The notes below the pieces were generated by a model that ran no database searches, was not told the origin of the DNA, and saw only the letters and a program-made list of their open reading frames with translations. From an uncultured Planctomycetota bacterium (GTDB lineage: Bacteria > Planctomycetota > Planctomycetia > Isosphaerales > Isosphaeraceae), in assembly GCA_963845755.1 (NCBI GenBank), contig CAWJTV010000025.1:224001-288000 (forward strand): a DNA stretch of 64,000 nt, written 5' to 3'. Below are positions 55,701 through 64,000 of this stretch, piece by piece. The translations under genes were made by a program, and so were the position numbers. Numbering within the stretch: the first letter of the stretch is position 1; each line of letters opens with the position of its first letter.

Positions 55701-57180
55701 ATAGGCGAGGACCGGTCGGGTCGGATCGTGGCCAAGTCCGACCATGATTATGCTTACGTGACCACTCCTGAGGGGACGAAGCGTTTGAGTTCTCTGAACG
55801 ACTGCCGTTCTGTCGCCGTCAGCCCGGACGGGCAATGGCTGGCGACCGGGACTCACATCGCGAGTCACGGGGCCCAGGTTTGGCGCATCGCTGACCTCAC
55901 CAAAGTCGCCGACCTGCCCATCGATTACGGTACGGTGGTCTACTTCAGCCCCGATGGCAAATCGCTGATGACCACGGCTTCTCCCTGCCGGCTCTGGGAC
56001 GTTGGCACCTGGCGCGAGGTGAGACGAATCGGTGACACTGCCGGCTGCTTCTCCCCCGACGGCCGGCTGGTGGTTGTCCAGGAAGCGAACAAAATGATCC
56101 GCCTGGTGGAAACGGAGACCGGTCGCACGCTGGCGCGGCTCGAGAGCCCCGACCTCTGCCCCATCCAGCCGACCTTCAGCCCGGACGGATCACGGCTGGT
56201 GGCGATCACGAACGACGGCCCGGCCGTGCACGTGTGGGACCTGCGGGCCATCCGGAAGCAACTGGCCGGGATGGGCCTCGATTGGGACGCGCCCGCCTAT
56301 TCCGGCGACGACCCGTCCGACCCATCGGCACGGCCGTTAACCTCGGTGCAAGTTCGCTATGAGGGAGACGGGATCGCCGAGGGAGACGCCCTGGCCCGCG
56401 AGGGTCGATGGAACGAGGCAGCCGCCGCCTATGCCCGGGCCTTCGACGAGGGGGTCCTGGACCAGGCGGAGGCGCTGGTCCGAACAGGCGTTCCTTCGCC
56501 TGGCGGTGGGCGACGCCGCGGGATATGGTCGGAGCTGCCGGCGTATCCTCGATCGGTTCAGGATCCTGAAGAGATTTGAACCGGCCGGGCACGAGGATCC
56601 GGCTTACGTGATCAACTGGCATTGCTACACGGCATACACGCTAGCCGTGGCCCCAGGTAGCCCGGCCGACGCGGCGCAGGTCTTGCGAATCGCCAAGGGG
56701 TGGGTCGAAGTCTCGCACTCGGCTTGGTCCGAGCAGGTGTTCGGGCTGGCCCTCTACCGTGCCGGACGGTTCGCCGAGGCTGAGACGTGGCTTCGGAGCT
56801 TCCTCGACCGTCATCCCTTACGGGATTACCACGTCTTCGACTGGCTGGTCCTGGCCATGGCCGATCAGCGGCTGGGGCGACCGGACGAAGCCCGACGCTG
56901 GCTGGAGCAAGCCGAGACCTGGGCCGCATCTCGACGGCGCGGCCGGCCCGGAGGTTCCGATCGGGCAACCCCCGAAAACTGGCACTGGACCGACGGAGTG
57001 TTGTTACACCTGCTGCTCCGCGAAGCCCGCGCCCTGGTCGGTACGGAGCTGCCAGTGCTGCCCGGGGACGTCTTCGCGCCCGCGCCTCGAGCGCCTGTTC
57101 CGAAAGCCCGAAGGGACGACAGAAACCCTGGGGATCCGAGAGATTTTGTCGCCCTTCCGGGGCTCGCAGGACGGTCGTGA
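52762..57180 (+). CDS. Ser/Thr kinase with TM segment, WD40 repeats and TPR tail (frameshifts near 53840 and 56470)
   Basis: GGGGMG, VALK, HRDIKPSN, DFG, GTLRYMAP; repeated FSPDG..LA..WD; LGxALYRAG-type TPR. Confidence 0.88.
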
Positions 57181-57289
57181 CGGCCTCGGCCGAGATCCTG
57201 GGGCTCACGCCCCAGGCCACGTCCTGACGCCCTTCCAGGGCTGTCCGGATAGCCTCTGGTTGTGCACAACTCAACCGTGACGCGCTCTA
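57087..57289. mobile_element. MITE-like element carrying a REP-type double hairpin
   Basis: Ends TCGAGCGC and CAACCGTGACGCGCTCTA; internal AGCCCGAAGGGACGACAG..TGTCGCCCTTCCGGGCT and CCTGGGGCTCACGCCCCAGG. Confidence 0.6.
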
Positions 57290-57329
57290 GCGAGATCGAG
57301 ACCACCATCTGAAGATGAGCCAGGACCGA

Positions 57330-58450
57330 TCAGGGCCGCTCCTGGGCGGTGGACGTGGAAGCGCCCCGCAGGTTCTTGATCCGCCAGGCATGGGGGCCCT
57401 GGAGCACCGAAGCGGCTTCGGCCGGCGGTGAGGGTGCGGCGGGTTCGCCATCCCATCGGTGGCTTTCGAGGCTCCGGAGGACCTGGTCGGCCAGGCGCAT
57501 GGCGCGGAGGGCATCGTCACCGCTGACGCGCGGGAGAGCCTGGCGCCGGGCCGCGGCGACGAAGTTCTCCAGTTCCAGGGTTAGCTGGTCGGCCGAATCG
57601 GACGGGACCTGATCGACGCGGAGGATCTTGCCGAAGAGGTGATCCTTGATCGCGGACGGCTGGCTCAGGTCGACGCCGTCGAGGTCGATGCGGCCGTCCC
57701 GCAGTTGTTCGGAGGGACGGACGAGCGTCGCCTGTTTCGCGGCGAAGTCGAGCGAGGCGTATCCTTCCGCGCCCAGATCCGCATCTTCCGCATGGCCGCG
57801 TAGCTGGCCCGGCTGGCCGTCAGGTTGGCCACGCTGCCATCCTCGAACTCGATCCGCGCGTTGGCCACGTCCTCGCGCTCGCCGAAGAGGCTCAGGCCCA
57901 CCGCCGCGACCGACCGCACCGGCGCGGCGATCATCGACAGCAGCAAGTCGAGATCGTGGATCATCAGGTCCAGGACGACGCCGATATCCGTCGAGCGGAA
58001 CGTGTAGGTCGAGAGCCGTTCGGCGGCAATGTATTTGGGACGGATCGGCATCTGGTCCAGGGCGCGGAGGGCCGGGTTGAAGCGTTCGATGTGGCCCACT
58101 TGCAGCACGGCGCCCCGGGCTCGTGCCAGGGTCGTGAGCTGCTCCGCCTCGGCCAGGCTGCCGGCGATCGGCTTCTCGATCAGCGTGGCGATCCCCCGCG
58201 CCAGGAAAACGCCGGCCACCTCGCGATGCATGACCGTCGGCACGGCGACGGTGACTGCGTCGACGATGTCCAGGAGTCGCCGGTAGTCGTGCAGGGCCGT
58301 CGTGGCGCACCTCGCGGCCACTTCGGCCGCTCGATCGCCATCCGCGTCCGCCACACCGATCAGCTCGACGCCGGGGAGCTTGGCGAGGATCCGGGCGTGA
58401 TGCTGGCCCAGGTGACCCACGCCCACGACGCCCACTCGCAACCGCGTCAT
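57330..58450 (-). CDS. Gfo/Idh/MocA oxidoreductase, GnnA-like (frameshift near 57770)
   Basis: GVGHLGQHHARI, LIEKP, QVGHIERFNPA, DLMIHDLD, TASRAS; directly downstream of lpxA. Confidence 0.85.
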
Positions 58451-59254
58451 GCCGCCCTCCAGCGTTCCCGTGCCCGGCCATGCTGGCCGTGGTGCTGGGC
58501 CTCGATGAAATCCAGGAGACTCTTCACCTCCTCAAAAAGATGATCGCGAGACTCGAGGAGCTCCCGGGCGTGAACGGACGTCATCTTGGATCGGTAGATC
58601 AGGCGATGGGCCTCGTGCAGCGCCGAGATCGCTTCGGCCGAGAGGCCATGGCGCTTCAGGCCGACTACGTTGATGCAGCGGACCTTCGAGGGATTGCCGT
58701 CCACGATCATGAAGCGGGGCACATCATGATAGATCCGCGAGAGGCCGCCCACATAGCAGTAGGCGCCGATCGTCACGAAGGGATGAACGCCCACCCCGCC
58801 CGAGATCGTGACATACGACTCGACGTGGGAGTGTCCGCCCAGGATCGTGTTGTTGGCGATGATGACGCGGTCGCCGATCAGGCAGTCGTGGGCCACGTGG
58901 ACATTGACCATCAGGAGGTTGTTCGAGCCGATCTGCGTGATGCCTTGTTCTTTCTCGCTGCCGCGGTGGATGGTGACCGCCTCGCGGATCACGTTGCGGT
59001 CGCCGATCTCGACGCGGGTCGAGGTGCCGCGGTAGGAGACGTCCTGGGGCTCGCCGCCGATGACGGCGAAGGGATGGATCACGTTCTCCTCGCCGAGCGT
59101 GGTCTGGCCGTCGATACAGGCATGGGCGATCAGGCGGGTCCCTCGGCCGATCGTCACGTCCGGGCCGATCACACAATAGGGCCCGACCTCCACGTCATCG
59201 CCGAGCTCGGCGCGAGGGTCGAACGCAAGCCGTATCGGCAATCAAGGTGGCCAT
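58447..59254 (-). CDS. lpxA: UDP-N-acetylglucosamine acyltransferase (frameshift within the first ~12 codons)
   Basis: Hexapeptide repeats, GGEPQD, IREAVTIHRG, HVAHDC, NVVGLKRHG; true start MATLIADTA at 59254. Confidence 0.93.
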
Positions 59255-59280
59255 GATCGCAGGTTCCTCCGGATCAGACT

Positions 59281-59315
59281 TTGGGATTTGGGATTTGGGA
59301 CTTGGGATCTGGGAT
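59281..59315. repeat. Heptamer tandem repeat (TTGGGAT) x5, imperfect
   Basis: TTGGGAT TTGGGAT TTGGGAC TTGGGAT CTGGGAT between fabZ and lpxA. Confidence 0.85.
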
Positions 59316-59373
59316 TGGTCAATCCTCAATCGAAGGTCCGGGAAGCGGACACGGCTCCCGCACCACGGGACGG

Positions 59374-60747
59374 CTACGCGCTGACGGCGGCCTGTCGGGC
59401 CATCCCGCCGGGCATCCGTCCGTCCTCAATCATGACAAATCGCACGCGAGCCTCGGCGGCCAGGGTGTCGCCGACCCTGGCCCGCCCCACGACCACGGCG
59501 GCGGTCTCCTTGATCCGTTGCACGAGGATCTCCAGCCGAAGCTGATCGCCGGGGACGACGGGCCGGCGGAACTTCACCCCGTCGATCGAGGCGATCAAGG
59601 CGAGGCGACCGGCCCGAGGGACACTCGCGGCGATCAGGACCCCGGCCGCCTGGGCCAGGGCCTCGATCATCAGCACTCCTGGCATGATCGGCATTCCCGG
59701 CCAGTGACCGTGAAAGAACGGTTCGTTGATGCTCACGTTCTTGATGCCGACCAACCGTCGTCCGGGGATGAGGTCGAGCACGCGATCGATCAGCAAGAAG
59801 GGGTAGCGGTGGGGCAGCAAGCTCATGATCCCCGCGATGTCGATCGTGCCATCCTCCTTCAGGGGCAGCGGCTCGACCTCGGCGGTTCCCGTACGAGCGG
59901 CCCACTGAAGCAGCCGGCGCACCAGGGAGGCGTTGGTCTGATGCCCCGAGCGGTACGCCACCACGAACCCGTGGAGGTCGAGGCCGATGAGAGCCAGGTC
60001 CCCGACCAGATCCAGGACCTTGTGCCGCGCGCACTCGTCGGGGTATCGCAGCGCGTTGCCGACGACGCCGTCGCGGCCGAAGAGCAACAGGTCCGCCTCG
60101 GTGGTCCGGACCCCGATGCCGGCGGCGCGGAGCGCGTGGGCCTCGGTCTCCAGGAGGAAGGTCCGGCTTGTCGCCAGTTCGGAGCGGAAGGAGTCGGGCG
60201 AGAGCCCCACGCAGAAGCTCTGGGCGGGGATCGGCGCCTCGCGGCCATAGTCGAGGTGGTAAGAGAGCGTCAGGCCGTCGGACGGGCCCGGGGGATGGAT
60301 CGCGAGCACGGCATCCCCCTCGCGGATGCTGATCGGCTCCTCGACCCGGAGCATCGGCCGCTCCTGGTCCTGCTCGACGATCCCAGCCCGGTCCAGCGCC
60401 TCGACGAAGGCACGACTCGAGCCGTCGCAGCCGGGGCACTCACCGGCATCGATCTCGACGATCGCATTGTCGATCTGGAGGCCGGCGAGCGCGGCCATCA
60501 CATGCTCGATCATCTCCACGCTCGCGGCGCCGCGCCGGATCGTGGTACGCCGCTGCGATGGGACGACCGCGCCGACGTGCGCGGGGATCGTGGGCCGGCC
60601 GGGCAGGTCGGCGCGACGGAACACGATCCCGGTGTCGCACTCCGCCGGCAGGAAGCGGAGCGTAACGTTAACGCCATGGAAGAATCCGACTCCACACACC
60701 TCGGCAGCGCGGACGATCGTGCGCTGCCGGCGGGTACCTCTGAGCAT
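59374..60747 (-). CDS. lpxC-fabZ: Bifunctional LpxC deacetylase / FabZ dehydratase
   Basis: RQRTI, IEHVMAAL, RHKVLDLVGD, SGH; then LPHRYPFLLIDR, GHWPGMPIMPGVLMIEALAQ, in one frame. Confidence 0.93.
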   Translation of the reverse strand: MLRGTRRQRTIVRAAEVCGVGFFHGVNVTLRFLPAECDTGIVFRRADLPGRPTIPAHVGAVVPSQRRTTIRRGAASVEMIEHVMAALAGLQIDNAIVEIDAGECPGCDGSSRAFVEALDRAGIVEQDQERPMLRVEEPISIREGDAVLAIHPPGPSDGLTLSYHLDYGREAPIPAQSFCVGLSPDSFRSELATSRTFLLETEAHALRAAGIGVRTTEADLLLFGRDGVVGNALRYPDECARHKVLDLVGDLALIGLDLHGFVVAYRSGHQTNASLVRRLLQWAARTGTAEVEPLPLKEDGTIDIAGIMSLLPHRYPFLLIDRVLDLIPGRRLVGIKNVSINEPFFHGHWPGMPIMPGVLMIEALAQAAGVLIAASVPRAGRLALIASIDGVKFRRPVVPGDQLRLEILVQRIKETAAVVVGRARVGDTLAAEARVRFVMIEDGRMPGGMARQAAVSA

Positions 60748-60803
60748 TCCCTGCCCCTTCAACTCGCCCTCGAACGATCCCGGGCCGGCGGCGCCCGATG
60801 GGC

Positions 60804-60993
60804 TCGAGCGCTTAACGGTTGGCTTGCACACGCTCAGAGTCCTCGACCGAAGCCCCCCCCTAACCCCCCCTTCGTAAGGGGGGAAAGGAAACGGGCCATT
60901 CCGCCTCAATTTCCCCCCTTACGAAGGGGGGGTTAGGGGGGTGGATTTGCATCGGCCCCGTGGCGTGCGCGACGCAAGCGCTCGGCGGCTCTA
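60804..60993. mobile_element. MITE-like element, inverted homologue of 43345-43539
   Basis: The reverse complement aligns along its length with the 43.3 kb element; ends TCGAGCGC and GCTCTA. Confidence 0.75.
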
Positions 60994-61151
60994 GACGGCC
61001 TGGCGCCGACTACCGGCCCAGGCCCAGCCCCGACGCGCCAGCCCGACGTTACGGTAGAATGCGCCCCTCCCGCTCGGTCCCGGTCTCCATACCGTGGACG
61101 GACCGGCGGGAGGAGACTTCGATCTCCGAGTCTTCGCCGTATGAGGCGGGA

Positions 61152-61895
61152 TCAATTCTGTCCGGGCTGGACCGCGCCGGCCGACGAAGGACGAGGAGTC
61201 GCGGACTTCGCCGCCGGATCGGGATTCTTCGTGGCCTTGTACCATTGATTGAGGTACATCAACACATCTTTGGTGATGTCGTTGCGGGCATCGGAGTAGA
61301 GCACCGGCTCGGCGAGCGACATCATGACGGAATTGGGTTCGGTTCCCGAGGGCGATTTCGTCGAGACTTTCAGGACATAGTTGAGCTTTCGCCACCGGGC
61401 GACTCGCGCCACCATGCCCTGGACTTCCTTGTACGCCGTGGCGAAGATCTCGGCCTGCCGCAACGTGAATTCGCGCTCCGCTTGCTCGCGACCCGCTTCC
61501 ATCTTCGCCTTCAGCTCGGTCATGCTATCTTCGATCTTCTTGAAGTCGGTGGACCCGGGCGTGAACTTCTGGAGCATCACCCCTTTATCGCGGAACTCGG
61601 ACTCGTATTTCATCAATTCGCCCTGCCGCACCTTGACCGCGGCGCGCAGCTCCTGCTGCTGGTCTTTCATCTTGTCGTAGCTGTTCAGCACCGTTTCGAG
61701 GTCGATCGTCCCGACAACCGGCGGGATCGGGGCCGGCGGTCCCGTGGTCGCGGTGCCGTTCCCATTCGATGCCGCCCGGACTCCGGTGTCGGCTTTCTGC
61801 GGTTGCTGCGCCTGGATGCGCGACGGCATGACGAAGTAGGCGATTCCCGCCAGGCTCAGCCCGATGGCCAAGATCCCACGAGGCGAAAGACCCAT
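61152..61895 (-). CDS. skp: OmpH/Skp periplasmic chaperone
   Basis: Signal peptide, VGTIDLETVL, coiled-coil body, DITKDVL; sits upstream of the lpx genes. Confidence 0.8.
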   Translation of the reverse strand: MGLSPRGILAIGLSLAGIAYFVMPSRIQAQQPQKADTGVRAASNGNGTATTGPPAPIPPVVGTIDLETVLNSYDKMKDQQQELRAAVKVRQGELMKYESEFRDKGVMLQKFTPGSTDFKKIEDSMTELKAKMEAGREQAEREFTLRQAEIFATAYKEVQGMVARVARWRKLNYVLKVSTKSPSGTEPNSVMMSLAEPVLYSDARNDITKDVLMYLNQWYKATKNPDPAAKSATPRPSSAGAVQPGQN

Positions 61896-62126
61896 CGGTA
61901 CAACTCCTTTTCTACCGTGGTGATGCGTTTCGAGGCGACGCCGTCCCTGGGCAATCCCTCCGGTCCCTTGACCAGCGTGTCCCTGGCCGGACGGAAACTC
62001 GCGGCATTCTGCGCGGAAGCCGAATCGGGGTCAAGCCGAACCCCGCGAGTTTGCACGTCGATCGCGTCCATCCCTCCCGCTGCTGGGTCCGACCACGGGC
62101 GGTACTGGACATAAGAGCCCTGTGGA

Positions 62127-63207
62127 TCACAGATAGGGCTCGTGCCCGGCGTCCGTCAACGCCTCGACCAGGGCCTTCAGCTTGTCGAGCTGATCCTTCC
62201 TCGCCACGAGCGTCGCCCTCCCCGAATGGACGACGACCAGATCGTTGACGCCGAGGGTCGCCACCAGGCCGCCGTCCTCCGAGATGATGATCGAATTGGT
62301 CGTGTCGCGGGCCACGACATGCCCCTGGATGGCGTTGCCGGCGGCGTCTCGCTCGAGGAGCGTGGCCAGCGCGCGCGAGTCGCCGACGTCATTCCAGCGA
62401 TACGGGACCTCGAGCACGCGGACGTTGGGCGGCGTGCTCCATGACGGCTTTGTCGATCGGGACGCGCTCCAGGCGGTGGAAATGCTGGGCCAGGGCGTGC
62501 GCCTCGTCGGGTGTGCCCAGGGCATCCAGGATCGGCTCGAGGGCTGCGGCGAGTCTCGGTCGGTGGGCCTGGAGCTCATGCAAGATGGTCCGTGCTCGCC
62601 AGACGAAGATCCCCGAATTCCAGAGGAACGTACCGGCGGCCAGGAACTGTTCGGCGGTGGCTCGGTCGGGCTTTTCGCGGAACTGGATCACGCGGTAGAT
62701 GGGGATACCGTGGCAATGCTTGAGCAGCGGTCCGCGCTCGATGTAGCCGTAGCCGGTCTCGGGATGGGTGGGCGAGATGCCGAAGGTCACCAGGACGCTG
62801 GGATCCTCGTCGATGACCGAGACCGCGGCGTGCAGGGTGGTCCGGAAGGCATCGACGGGCTCGATGACGTGGTCGGCCGGCATGACGATCATGGTGCCAT
62901 CGGGATCCCGGCTGGCCACAATCCCCGCCGCCAGTCCCACGCACGGGGCCGTATCGCGAGGGCAGGGCTCGGCGACCACATTCCCGGCCGGCAGGTCGGG
63001 GAGCTGGGCCCGCGTGGCCTCGGCCTGGTCCGCGCCGGTGATGACCACGACGCGTTCCGGAGGAACCAGGTGCTCGACCCGGGCCACCGTCTGCTGGAGC
63101 ATCGTCGACTCGCCCGCCAGGCGGAGCAATTGCTTCGGCCGGTCGCGCCGGCTCTTCGGCCAGAACCGGGTCCCGCTGCCACCGGCCATGATGATCGCGT
63201 GTAACAT
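62127..63207 (-). CDS. manC: Mannose-1-phosphate guanylyltransferase (frameshift near 62430)
   Basis: MAGGSGTRFWPKSR..PKQLL, EPCPRDTAPC, PADH, ETGYGYI, FREKP, WNSGIF, WNDVG. Confidence 0.9.
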
Positions 63208-63223
63208 CGAGCTCCTCGCAATG

Positions 63224-63251
63224 GAAGGATGAAGGATGAAGGATGAAGGAT
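63224..63251. repeat. Heptamer tandem repeat (GAAGGAT) x4
   Basis: Direct reading; immediately upstream of the manC RBS. Confidence 0.85.
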
Positions 63252-63341
63252 GAGTCAGACCGGATTGGTTGAGCCTTCAACCTTCCAGCCGCCATCCGGT
63301 CTTCGTCCAGCCTCCCCCACAAGGTGGGAAGGGAGAGCGGT

Positions 63342-64000
63342 TCAGCGGAGGTAGAGCGGGCGCTCGACCACGAGGCCGGGCTCGATCTTCGACTTCAATT
63401 CCGACGCATCGAGGGCGAACAGGGGGCTGATCTCGATGCCGAAGGGGACCGAGCCGTCCGGCCGACGGGGGACGATCGCGCCGGCCTGCTCGAGCCAACT
63501 GCCGAACTGGTCGCTGATCCGCTGGTGTACCGTGGCCGGCGAGTCGGGCCCGACCGCGTTCTTGAGTGGCTCGAACTCACCGGACCGGTCGGTCTCGACG
63601 ATGGCCCATCGGCCGGCCATCGGCAGCGCGTCGAAGATGAACTGCTCGAACTTGACCGCGTTCGGCTCCTTCGGCTTGACCGGTTGCCCCGCGTCGTCGA
63701 GGTACGGGACTTTCTTGACGGCCCGGTGGAACGGGAGATGATGCTCGCCCACCAAGCGCTCGATGAACGACCGCTCGAGGATATGGACGGCGATGCTGCC
63801 GGCCCAGAGCTCCAGCCGACCCTCGGGCTCGCGCCGGCCGGCCAGCTCCGCGGGGAGGTCGGTATACTCGATCACCTGGGGACGGCCGTCGACACTCACG
63901 ATGACGCCGAGCTTCTCGTCGGGCGATTGACGCTCGACGACCTTGAACGACATCTCGGCGTCGGCGTCGCGGTGCAAGCCGACGAAGGTGGGGTCGGCGA
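63342..64000 (-). CDS. UDPGP-family (UAP1-like) UDP-N-acetylhexosamine pyrophosphorylase, 5' truncated by the window edge
   Basis: DPTFVG.H, EKLGV, IEYTDLP, GSIAVH, KFEQFIFD, EFEPLKNA, EISPL. Confidence 0.85.
   Translation of the reverse strand, partial: ADPTFVGLHRDADAEMSFKVVERQSPDEKLGVIVSVDGRPQVIEYTDLPAELAGRREPEGRLELWAGSIAVHILERSFIERLVGEHHLPFHRAVKKVPYLDDAGQPVKPKEPNAVKFEQFIFDALPMAGRWAIVETDRSGEFEPLKNAVGPDSPATVHQRISDQFGSWLEQAGAIVPRRPDGSVPFGIEISPLFALDASELKSKIEPGLVVERPLYLR

Overview
GC-rich bacterial window with a Planctomycetota (probably Isosphaeraceae-like) signature: a PVC-type heme-binding dehydrogenase, an ECF sigma/Ser-Thr kinase pair, a long SecA and an LEPR-XLL-type secreted protein. 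Housekeeping content: nadE, secA, waaA, system II cytochrome c maturation (resB/ccsA), and a lipid A/nucleotide-sugar block (skp, lpxC-fabZ, lpxA, gnnA-like, manC-like, UDP-GlcNAc pyrophosphorylase). About 15 genes, including essential secA and lpxA, are split by 1-2 nt indels, most likely long-read assembly errors, so gene boundaries are reconstructed. The two strongest candidates for undescribed systems are: (1) a 10 kb tandem array (21.2-31.1 kb) of four secreted Gly/Met-repeat proteins with an almost invariant Cys-containing island. Three of the four are preceded, at a conserved ~470-480 nt distance, by a small ~113 aa signal-peptide ORF ending in RRLAxxPLRC. (2) A membrane-anchored ECF sigma factor fused to a cytochrome c'-like CxxCH domain directly upstream of the cytochrome c biogenesis genes. 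A MITE-like family with shared ~30 bp ends and several short-repeat elements are also present. I saw no rRNA, tRNA, CRISPR array or intact transposase.
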